Origin: Steroidobacteraceae bacterium
GTDB taxonomy: Bacteria > Pseudomonadota > Gammaproteobacteria > Steroidobacterales > Steroidobacteraceae
DNA: 54,891 nucleotides
Assembly: GCA_035566815.1 (NCBI GenBank)
Contig: DATMQL010000115.1
Coordinates: 1-54,891 of the forward strand
Reading direction: 5' to 3'
The position numbers and the translations under genes were made by a program. Positions 43,977 to 52,193 of the stretch are shown here, piece after piece (position 1 is the stretch's first letter; the number at the start of each line of letters is the position of its first letter). Under the pieces are notes generated by a model. The model was not told the DNA's origin. It did not search any database and saw only the letters and a list, made by a program, of their open reading frames with translations.

Positions 43977-44828
43977 TTACCTTGCGTCGACCTTCCGTTC
44001 GCGTGGCCATATCGCGAGGAATTCGCGATGTAACCGTAGGGACTCGTCATCGCCATCCGCGGTGAGTTGTGAGTCGCGGAATCCGGAGTTGATCTCGAGT
44101 ACACGGACGTCGCGCTCGATGGCGATGAAACGCACACGCCATTCTTTGACGGACAGCTGCATCCACTCGCCGACGCGACGAATGCGGCGATAGGGGTGGG
44201 ATGTGGGACCGAGGGCGAGTGTAGATTGGACACGCTCGCGGATTGCGAGTCCCGTGTGAGCATCGATCCAGGCTGCCTGCTCCGTCGCCAGGGCCTCAAA
44301 CTGCACCAGGTAGGCGCTCACCGGGTCGGCAGGTTGTGAAGACGTACCCGCGCGCGCGACATCCTCTAACCAGCCGGTTCCGGCACCGGGATGCGCATCG
44401 GTGTAAGCGACGTAAGGCTTGAGGTCGAGTACCGGAGTGCCGTCGAGCATATCGGAGTCGGTGATGTGAAGGATCAATCCTTCGACCCGCTCCAGGCGTA
44501 CGACGGACATGCCGAGCGGATTCGGCCGGTGGGGTGAGCGAGTTGCGAATACCCCCTTGCGGCCGGTCGTGCTTCGAGGCGGGAGTACCTTGGGGCGCCA
44601 GCCCGGGTTCAGATGAAACCAGAAGATGACCCAGATCAACTCCCAGCGCTCGAGGTCCTCCAGCGCGTGCTCGAAGTTGCGACCCGGCAGCAGCTCGATT
44701 CGAGCCGGCGTGCCAACCGCGGCCCGCGGTTGCCGCGCGGCTTCCACCTTCGTTGCCAGTGGGCTCCGCAAATACCCGATGGGATCGAGTGTGAGGCGGG
44801 GAGGGGAGTCAGGGGGGCCGGCGCTCAT
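43977..44828 (-). CDS. trmO: tRNA (m6t6A37) methyltransferase TrmO/TsaA family protein
   Basis: IGYLRSP...IWVIFWFH, RSPHRPNPLGMSVVRLE and DMLDGTPVLDLKPY, with a C-terminal extension domain. Confidence 0.8.
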   Translation of the reverse strand: MSAGPPDSPPRLTLDPIGYLRSPLATKVEAARQPRAAVGTPARIELLPGRNFEHALEDLERWELIWVIFWFHLNPGWRPKVLPPRSTTGRKGVFATRSPHRPNPLGMSVVRLERVEGLILHITDSDMLDGTPVLDLKPYVAYTDAHPGAGTGWLEDVARAGTSSQPADPVSAYLVQFEALATEQAAWIDAHTGLAIRERVQSTLALGPTSHPYRRIRRVGEWMQLSVKEWRVRFIAIERDVRVLEINSGFRDSQLTADGDDESLRLHREFLAIWPRERKVDAR

Positions 44829-44835
44829 GCCACTA

Positions 44836-45300
44836 TTATGTGATGTCGAGCCGCTTTTCCATGAATATGCTCAGAGGGTCCTCAACGTACGCGCCAAATG
44901 GCGCTCTCTCGACGTATCCGAGTCGCTTGTAGAGCCCGAGTGCCTCGGGCTGCCTGATCCCGGTTTCCAGTCGCGCCAGCGCAATGCCACTGCTCTTCAG
45001 ATGGCCTTCGAGCTTCTCCATGATGGCCTTCGAATAGCCTTTACCCCGGTGGCTCTCCAGCACAAAAACGCGCTTCAGCTCACCGTACCGGCCATCGTCC
45101 GACAAGATTTTGACCGCCCCGCACCCGACCAGCTGGTCGTGCAGAAAGCAGCCCAGGAACAGGACATTGGCAGCCTTCAACGCCCTGGCACTTTCCAGGT
45201 GATTGCTCTCCGCCGGATAAAGCGCCGTCATGTACGTGTCAGACATCGCGATCAAGGCCTGTGCGCTGTCTGATTCGGGGTCCGTGGGTTCGATTCTCAT
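44836..45300 (-). CDS. GNAT family N-acetyltransferase
   Basis: 154 aa. Acetyl-CoA motif A region LKRVFVLESHRGKGYSKAIMEKLE and a C-terminal YKRLGY. Confidence 0.85.
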   Translation of the reverse strand: MRIEPTDPESDSAQALIAMSDTYMTALYPAESNHLESARALKAANVLFLGCFLHDQLVGCGAVKILSDDGRYGELKRVFVLESHRGKGYSKAIMEKLEGHLKSSGIALARLETGIRQPEALGLYKRLGYVERAPFGAYVEDPLSIFMEKRLDIT

Positions 45301-45315
45301 GCCGTCAACTCGCCG

Positions 45316-46497
45316 CTACAGTCGGATGACAATCTTTCCGGAGAACTTGTCCGATTCCATCAAATCGTACGCCGCCTGGGCATTCCTGAAATCGAAGACC
45401 TGGTCGATGACGGGCTTGAAGTGAGTCTTTGCAATGAAGGTGTTCATCGCCTCGAAGTTCTCGCGCGAGCCGACGTAGATGCCGCTGACGCTCACGTTAC
45501 GCACCATCAGGGAGAGAGCCGGTATGTCACCGCCGAACCCTCCCAGGCCGCCGATCAGTGCGATATGGCCGCCGGGAGCCACGCTCGCGAGCGCGTGAGC
45601 GAGCGAGTCCTTGCCGCCGACCTCCAGGATTTCGTGGACGCCAAGGTTTCCGGTGAGCGCCAGCACGGGCTTTTCCCAATCCGTGGTGGTCTTGTAGTTG
45701 ATGGTACCGAAGGCGCCGAGCTCCTTGGCCCGTGCGAGCTTGGCGTCGCTCGAGCTGGTGATGATGGGTTTCGCTCCCATCAGTGTTGCGAACTGCAGGC
45801 CGAACATCGACACGCCGCCCGTGCCCTCGAGCAGCACGTAGTCTCCGGGCTGCATCCTTCCACGGGTCACCAAGCCGTTCCAGGCAGTTACCGCCGCGCA
45901 GGGCAGCGTGGCGCCTTCCTCGAATGATAGGTTCTTGGGCAGCGCTACCACGCCTTCTTCGCTCAAGGTCGCATACTGCGTGAGCATTCCATCGATATCG
46001 CCACCGAGTGCGGAGGTAGCGACATCCGCCGGTTGGCGTCCGCGCAACCAGCGTTGAAAGAAGATGGCCACGACTCGGTCGCCAACATGGAAGCGGGTGA
46101 CGCCAGGACCGATCGCGGCAATTTCGCCCGCGCCGTCGGAGAGAGGCACCAGGCTGTCGCGTGGCGCGATCGGATACTGACCCTTCATGAGCAACACGTC
46201 ACGTCGATTCAGAGATACGGCGCGAACGCGAATCAGAACTTCGTGGGCGCCCGGAGCGCGGACGGACGCGTCCTTCAGCTCCAACTTATATCCCTGCTGG
46301 CCTGTTCGAGTCAGGCGATACTGCTGCTGCTGTGTTGGAATATTCGGCGCTGCCGGAGCGGCTGATGTGGCGGCCCCTGTGAAGTAAGCCAGCACCATGA
46401 AGCAAATCGATGCAAGCCGGCGCGGGATCGCGACCACCAGGTGATTGCGGTGGGGCGCTGCCAGCGAGCGGGAAACGGGCAAGGGGTACGTTTTCAT
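45316..46497 (-). CDS. MDR-superfamily NAD(P)-dependent oxidoreductase with N-terminal hydrophobic extension
   Basis: The core HEVLIRVRAVSLNRRDV...VLLEGTGGVSMFGLQFA is quinone-oxidoreductase-like and lacks Zn ligands. It is preceded by ~60 aa containing a TM/signal-like segment, ICFMVLAYFTGAATSAAPA. Confidence 0.75.
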   Translation of the reverse strand: MKTYPLPVSRSLAAPHRNHLVVAIPRRLASICFMVLAYFTGAATSAAPAAPNIPTQQQQYRLTRTGQQGYKLELKDASVRAPGAHEVLIRVRAVSLNRRDVLLMKGQYPIAPRDSLVPLSDGAGEIAAIGPGVTRFHVGDRVVAIFFQRWLRGRQPADVATSALGGDIDGMLTQYATLSEEGVVALPKNLSFEEGATLPCAAVTAWNGLVTRGRMQPGDYVLLEGTGGVSMFGLQFATLMGAKPIITSSSDAKLARAKELGAFGTINYKTTTDWEKPVLALTGNLGVHEILEVGGKDSLAHALASVAPGGHIALIGGLGGFGGDIPALSLMVRNVSVSGIYVGSRENFEAMNTFIAKTHFKPVIDQVFDFRNAQAAYDLMESDKFSGKIVIRL

Positions 46498-46546
46498 AGC
46501 GGTAGGCTAACATGTATCCCCTGATTCGATAACGGAGTGTCCAGCC

Positions 46547-47533
46547 ATGAGTAAAGTCGTCCGGGTGTATCAACACGGGGGGCCGGAGGAGCTGCGGATC
46601 GAAGACATGGATGTCGGCGAGCCCGGACCGGGCGAGGTTCGCCTGGCTGTCGAAGCCATCGGCCTGAATCGCTCCGAGGCGCTGTTTCGCGCGGGCGCGT
46701 ACCCGGTGCTGCCGAAGTTTCCGACGCTGATCGGATATGAAGGTGTGGGCGTCATAGAGGCGGTCGGCGCGGGGGTGCAGGGATTTGCGCCGGGCGAGCG
46801 TGTCTGCGTGTTGCCGAACTTTCGCTTGGGCGAGTATGGCATTTACGGCGAGCGGGCCATCGTCCCGGCGCGTAGCCTGCTTACCCCGCCTGCCGGTCTG
46901 AGCAGCACCGAGGCGGCTTCCATATGGATGCAATATTTTACGGCGCTCGCGATCATCGACGTTGCGCATGCGGGAGTGGGTGATTACGTCATCATCCGCG
47001 CTGCCTCCAGCAGCGTCGGAGTCGCGGCGATCCAACTGGCAAACTGGGCTGGGGCGGTTTCGATCGCCACCACGCGCAACGGCGCCAAGGCAGCGGCGCT
47101 CAAGCAGCAGGGTGCGACACACGTAATCGCCACGGAAGAGATGGACCTGGTGGCGGAGGTTCAGCGCATTACGGGCGGGAAAGGCGCGCGTGTCATTTTC
47201 GACCCGGTGGGGGGTCCCGAGGTGGAACAGCTCGCCCAGGCCGCGGCCGAGGAAGGAATTATCTTCATCTATGGCGGCCTGAGTGGTCAGCCTACGCTCT
47301 TTCCACATTGGCCCGCGGCGCTCAAGAGTTTGAGCATCAGAGGTTGGGTGTCTTCCTCCATCTGGAATCACCCGGAGCGTTTCGCGCGCAACCGCCAACT
47401 GATCCAACAGGGACTGGCGTCCGGCCATCTCAAACCCGTTATTGCACGGACGTTTCCGCTTGCGCAGATCGCGGAAGCGCATCGTTACATGGAGTTGAAT
47501 CAACATATCGGTAAGATCGTGGTGACCGTGTGA
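46547..47533 (+). CDS. NADPH:quinone oxidoreductase (zeta-crystallin-like MDR)
   Basis: VYQHGGPEELRIEDMDVGEPGPGEVRLAVEAIGLNRSE and the cofactor fold IIRAASSSVGVAAIQLA. Confidence 0.85.
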   Translation: MSKVVRVYQHGGPEELRIEDMDVGEPGPGEVRLAVEAIGLNRSEALFRAGAYPVLPKFPTLIGYEGVGVIEAVGAGVQGFAPGERVCVLPNFRLGEYGIYGERAIVPARSLLTPPAGLSSTEAASIWMQYFTALAIIDVAHAGVGDYVIIRAASSSVGVAAIQLANWAGAVSIATTRNGAKAAALKQQGATHVIATEEMDLVAEVQRITGGKGARVIFDPVGGPEVEQLAQAAAEEGIIFIYGGLSGQPTLFPHWPAALKSLSIRGWVSSSIWNHPERFARNRQLIQQGLASGHLKPVIARTFPLAQIAEAHRYMELNQHIGKIVVTV

Positions 47534-47575
47534 GCGGAGCATTCAGCGACGACCCCAGGGCCGTGGCGGGTGCTC

Positions 47576-48535
47576 TCACGGATCCAGGGACGCCGCGTAG
47601 GCGGCCAGATCGATCATGTCTTTCTGTGTGAGTCGGGCTACGACGGCGTGCATCGGCTGCGCGACCTCTCCCCCGCGGGCGCCGGATTGAAAACCATATA
47701 ACTGGCGAAACAGGTAGCTCGCGAAGCGACCCGCCAGGGGCGGTCCCGGCAGTCTTGGGCCGCCCCTGAGATCCGGGCCATGGCAGAGCGCGCAGGGTTG
47801 AGTGCGGTCGTGGGCGCCGGTGCGTGCCAACAGGCGGCCGCGCTCGATGCTTCCCTTCGGAACGTACGCGACGTAGGTGGTGTGAGGATCTCTGCGCTCG
47901 AAGCGCTCGAGGTCTATCGGCATCTCGACGATGGCCGAGCCCAATGACACTCGACCTTTACGCGCGGGCGCGAAAATGAAGCAGGCAGCGGTGTGCTCAG
48001 GCACCCTGTCGCTCTCGACCACGTGGACAAATGACCGCACCTGCTGGTGCGAGAAGTAGTCAGCCGCGGCGGCCAGCTCCTCCTCGGTGAGTTCCGCCGT
48101 CGAGTTGACCATCAAAGTGGCGGGGGGCCAGTCCGGTTGGGCCGCTCGACGCTCCAGGGTGTGAAACGCCTTGACCTGCGCGATGATGTAGGACGGCGGC
48201 AAACCCGCGAGCTTGGCATTTTCAGGCCGGCCATTGCCGTCCGGCAAGTGGCAAAACCCGCATGCGGGTTTTTTCGGCAGGTGATTTCCGGCGACCACGG
48301 GCGGCAAAGCCCCGTGCTCGCGCGGAAACCAATCCGGTGTGCTGGAGCGGTCACGAAGCTCCGCCCTCGTGAAGTGAATTCCGGACCCGGCCACGCTCAG
48401 GGATTGGGCGGCGTCCAGTTTGCCGGAGGGAGCAGCGGCGGGGCACGGCGGATAGGCCCAGCCCGGGAATTCAGCAGCGAGCGCCGTCGATGTCAGGAAT
48501 ATCGCGTTGAGGACAACAGCCCGGAGCAAACGCAC
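47576..48535 (-). CDS. periplasmic dihaem c-type cytochrome
   Basis: The GTG start overlaps the stop of the upstream gene (TAGTG). Signal peptide, and two haem sites, CGFCH and CALCH. Confidence 0.8.
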   Translation of the reverse strand: MRLLRAVVLNAIFLTSTALAAEFPGWAYPPCPAAAPSGKLDAAQSLSVAGSGIHFTRAELRDRSSTPDWFPREHGALPPVVAGNHLPKKPACGFCHLPDGNGRPENAKLAGLPPSYIIAQVKAFHTLERRAAQPDWPPATLMVNSTAELTEEELAAAADYFSHQQVRSFVHVVESDRVPEHTAACFIFAPARKGRVSLGSAIVEMPIDLERFERRDPHTTYVAYVPKGSIERGRLLARTGAHDRTQPCALCHGPDLRGGPRLPGPPLAGRFASYLFRQLYGFQSGARGGEVAQPMHAVVARLTQKDMIDLAAYAASLDP

Positions 48536-49146
48536 TATCGACCTAACACCCAGAAGTTGGGTCCGCGCTCCTTTTCGAGCTTGCCGAGCTGTTCGCGGTG
48601 AATCTCGCGTACCCGTGCGGGCGTAATGGCTTCCGAGCGGTCGACCTCCTCTATTTTCAGGCTGGTCTTGTCCTCGTAGAGGTGCTCGCCGGCGAGGCGA
48701 GCTCGATTATCGTACGGCCAGATGAACGCCTGGCGGCTGTAGACGTGATAGAGCCTGTCGGCGTGATCGACTTCATAGCCGATGTGCCTCAGGTCCGCGC
48801 CCATGGCGAGCTGATGGAAGGTGATTTCGTCGCAGACTCCCCAGTCGCCGACGGCGAGGCGGTCATCGGAGTGCCATAGCACCGCTTCGCCGACGCTGTT
48901 GTAAAACGCGAGTACGCCCTGTTTTCCTTCGATGACGGCGGGATTCGCGCCCCAGGTCACCCGGTACACGGGGTGATCCACGATCATGTCAGGTGCCAGG
49001 ATCTTCTCGTACTCTCCCGCTCCCTCCAGGTGCACGTGCCGCCAGAAGTTGAGGAGAATGGCCCGATGTAGCGGGTCTGTCGTACGTTCCAGAAGCCTCG
49101 CGGTGGGCTTCATGCAGTCGTACACGGCTTGCTCGAATCGATTCAT
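48535..49146 (-). CDS. hypothetical cytoplasmic protein, possibly NTF2/SnoaL-like fold
   Basis: ORF 48535..49290; ATG at 49146 preceded by GGGGG 5 nt upstream. 203 aa with no signal peptide. The fold guess rests on size and pattern only. Confidence 0.5.
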   Translation of the reverse strand: MNRFEQAVYDCMKPTARLLERTTDPLHRAILLNFWRHVHLEGAGEYEKILAPDMIVDHPVYRVTWGANPAVIEGKQGVLAFYNSVGEAVLWHSDDRLAVGDWGVCDEITFHQLAMGADLRHIGYEVDHADRLYHVYSRQAFIWPYDNRARLAGEHLYEDKTSLKIEEVDRSEAITPARVREIHREQLGKLEKERGPNFWVLGR

Positions 49147-49245
49147 GTTCGCCCCCATCAGTGCGCCGCCGGCGGACGGCAAATATAGCAGGCCGGGTAA
49201 TTCGAGCGGTATTATGGTCCGCGAGGGGGATGAATTGGAGGTCCG

Positions 49246-50514
49246 ATGGCGGATGGACGTGACGTGCGCGCGCCGACGGGCCCCGTGCAAGTGGTGCTAT
49301 GGGTCTGCGTAGCCTTACTCGTTAACTACATCGATCGCGGTAATCTGGCAACTGCCGTACCGCTCATACACGGCGAACTCGGCCTGTCGGCAACCCAGCT
49401 CGGAGTGCTCCTCTCGGTTTTCTACTACAGCTACGTCGCCATGATGGTGCCGGCGGGCTGGTTGGGTGAGCGTTACGGCGCGCATCGGGTTCTTGCGGCG
49501 GGGCTGGTAATCTGGTCGGTGGCGACTTTGCTTACCGGCTTCGCCACGGGCTTCTGGTCTCTTCTGCTGTTGCGCCTGCTGCTCGGTGTGGGAGAGAGCG
49601 CCGGATTTCCCTGCGCTTCGCAGCTTTTCGCCAGCCGGCTGCGGCTGCCACAACTCGATATGGCGAACGGCGTGCTCGGATTCAGCTACCTGGTCGGTCC
49701 CGCGATTGGTACGGTGTTGGGCGGCTTGCTGATGCCGATCTACGGGTGGCGTGCCGTGTTTGTTGGGTTCGGCGCACTGTCGCTGCTGTGCGTGTGGCCG
49801 CTATGGCGCTTGCGTCTGCAGCCGGCAGCGCGATGCGCGGACGAGACTTCCTTTGCGGCCGCGCCCAGCTTCGCTCTCATTCTCAAACAGCGCGGGCTGT
49901 GGGGCGCATCGCTCGGTCTCTTCGCCAGCAACTACAACTTCTATTTCATCCTGGCATGGCTGCCCGATTATCTCGTGAAGGAGCGCGGGTTTTCCATGAG
50001 CGGGATGGCAGCCGTGGCGGGTAGCGCCTATCTCATCAACGCCATCAGCGCACTCGTGGCAGGGTGGGTAGTCGCCACCTGGACACGCAACGGGCGTTCG
50101 CCCAGTATCTTCTATAAGTCCCTGATGGCGTTTGCGCACACCGCATCCATCGGCGCGATGATCGGCATGATGGTGTTACCACTGGCGGGATGCATAGCCT
50201 GTTTGTGCCTGTTCGAGCTCGGGGTCGGCATCATGTCGCCCGGGGTGTATGCAATCCCACAGATCATTGCCGGGCCCACCGCGACGGGACGTTGGGTTGG
50301 TGTCCAGAACGCGTGTGGGAATCTCGCCGGGATGGTGGCGCCGCTGCTGACCGGAATTCTGCTCGATGCAACCGGACATTTCTCGAGCGCATTCGTGCTT
50401 GCCGGGGCGATCAACATACTGGGCCTCATCGGCTGGCTGTGGATGCTGCCGCGAATCGAGCCGTTGGATTGGTCGCGGGCCGCGCTCCAGGCTCGAGTGG
50501 TCCGTGCGGTTTGA
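49246..50514 (+). CDS. MFS transporter (anion:cation symporter-like)
   Basis: NYIDRGNL, a GWLGERYGAHR loop and about 12 hydrophobic segments. Confidence 0.85.
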   Translation: MADGRDVRAPTGPVQVVLWVCVALLVNYIDRGNLATAVPLIHGELGLSATQLGVLLSVFYYSYVAMMVPAGWLGERYGAHRVLAAGLVIWSVATLLTGFATGFWSLLLLRLLLGVGESAGFPCASQLFASRLRLPQLDMANGVLGFSYLVGPAIGTVLGGLLMPIYGWRAVFVGFGALSLLCVWPLWRLRLQPAARCADETSFAAAPSFALILKQRGLWGASLGLFASNYNFYFILAWLPDYLVKERGFSMSGMAAVAGSAYLINAISALVAGWVVATWTRNGRSPSIFYKSLMAFAHTASIGAMIGMMVLPLAGCIACLCLFELGVGIMSPGVYAIPQIIAGPTATGRWVGVQNACGNLAGMVAPLLTGILLDATGHFSSAFVLAGAINILGLIGWLWMLPRIEPLDWSRAALQARVVRAV

Positions 50515-50549
50515 ATACGTCGGGCACCGCGACAGGCAGGGGTAAAAGC

Positions 50550-52151
50550 ATGAAGAAACTGGGTGAGTACCTCATCGAGGCGTTGGCCTCCCAAGGCGTC
50601 CGGCACGTTTTCGGCATTCCGGGGGTACACAACCTGGAACTGTATCGAGGCCTGGCGAAGGGGCCGATCCGGCACATCAGCGCTCGGCACGAGCAGGGCC
50701 TCGGGTTCATGGCGGACGGCTATGCCCGGGTGAGTGGCCGGCCGGGTGTCTGCTTCACCATCACCGGCCCGGGCCTTACCAACATTGTGACGGCGATGGG
50801 ACAAGCCTATGGCGACTCCATCCCGTTGCTGGTGATTTCGAGTCAGAATCGGCTCGGCGAGAATGGCGGCGGTGGCGGCTTTCTGCACGAGTTGCAGAAT
50901 CAACGGGCCGTGGCGAGCGGTGTGGCCGCGCTGAGTTTTTCCATTGAGAGCCCGGCAGAACTGCCGCCGGCGCTGGAACAGGCGTTTGCGAAGTTTGCAT
51001 CGAGCCGCCCACGGCCGGTTTATATCGAGATACCGCTCGATGTGCTCGCCGCTGATGCAAGCGAGTTGCCATTGCCGAAGCCGGTAGTGATAACGCCGCA
51101 GCCGGAGGCGTCCCTGGTCGAGTCGGCTGCCGCCCGACTTCGTACGGCGCAGCGGCCGGTCATCCTTGCGGGCGGTGGTGCGCTTCGAGCAGTCGCCGAG
51201 CTCCGGGCCCTGGCCGAGCGTCTCGATGCACCGGTTGTCATGACTGCCAACGCGCGCGGACTGCTACCTCCGGGACATCCGCTCGCGGTGCCCATGAGTC
51301 CCATGCTCGCGCCGGTTCGAGCGTTGGTCGCCGCGGCTGACGTCGTACTTGCCGTAGGCACCGAGTTTGGCCCGACGGACTATTCCATCAACTTGAAAGC
51401 TGACTTTCCCAATCCGCCGCAGCTGATCCGGATCGATATCGACGCGCAGCAGCTCACTCGAGGGGCAACTCCCGTCGTCGGTTTGCACGGTGAGGCAAAG
51501 CAGACGTTGGATTTGCTGATGGCGGCCGATCTCGGGCCGAACCGTGCCGGGGATGGGACTGCACGAGCCGCTGCCGCACGCAGTGCCGCTCTCGAGGCGG
51601 TCAGCAAATTCTCACCGTCGCTTCGACAGCACATTGACGTGCTCGATCTCATCCGCGACACGCTGCCTGACGCGTTGATGGTCGGTGACTCTACCCAACT
51701 CGTCTATGGGGGTAACCTCGGCTTCAACGCTCGACACCCCGGCTCCTGGTTCAACTCCGCGACGGGGTACGGCACGCTGGGCTACGCGCTTCCCGCGTCT
51801 ACGGGTGCGGGCCTGGCCGCACCGGATCGACCCGTCGTATGCCTCGTTGGAGACGGCGGTCTGCAGTTTTCGATGAGTGAACTTGCCGTACTCGGCGACG
51901 TCAAAGCCTGGACCGCCGTGATCATCTGGAACAACCAGGGCTATGGAGAAATCCGCACTTCTATGATTGCGGTTGGAATCGAGCCTGAAGGTGTCGACGT
52001 GCGGCCGCCGGACTTCGCCGACATCGCCCGCGCCTATGGGTATTCCCACCGGACGATCACTTCGCGCGAGGCCCTCGAGACGGCGTTGGGCGATTTCGGC
52101 CGCCGTCACCAGGTCGTGATCCTGGAGATACCGGCCGATGAATTTGCCTGA
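50550..52151 (+). CDS. thiamine-diphosphate-dependent decarboxylase, 5-guanidino-2-oxopentanoate decarboxylase (AruI)-like
   Basis: ORF 50190..52151; ATG at 50550 with an AGGGG SD. VFGIPGVHNLELYRGL, HEQGLGFMADGYARVSG and the ThDP motif GDGGLQFSMSEL...WNNQGYG. The AruI assignment is from remembered similarity only. Confidence 0.8.
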   Translation: MKKLGEYLIEALASQGVRHVFGIPGVHNLELYRGLAKGPIRHISARHEQGLGFMADGYARVSGRPGVCFTITGPGLTNIVTAMGQAYGDSIPLLVISSQNRLGENGGGGGFLHELQNQRAVASGVAALSFSIESPAELPPALEQAFAKFASSRPRPVYIEIPLDVLAADASELPLPKPVVITPQPEASLVESAAARLRTAQRPVILAGGGALRAVAELRALAERLDAPVVMTANARGLLPPGHPLAVPMSPMLAPVRALVAAADVVLAVGTEFGPTDYSINLKADFPNPPQLIRIDIDAQQLTRGATPVVGLHGEAKQTLDLLMAADLGPNRAGDGTARAAAARSAALEAVSKFSPSLRQHIDVLDLIRDTLPDALMVGDSTQLVYGGNLGFNARHPGSWFNSATGYGTLGYALPASTGAGLAAPDRPVVCLVGDGGLQFSMSELAVLGDVKAWTAVIIWNNQGYGEIRTSMIAVGIEPEGVDVRPPDFADIARAYGYSHRTITSREALETALGDFGRRHQVVILEIPADEFA

Positions 52152-52193
52152 GGGCCGGCCGAAGCAGCGTGACTCGACGGCGCGGCGGGGCGC

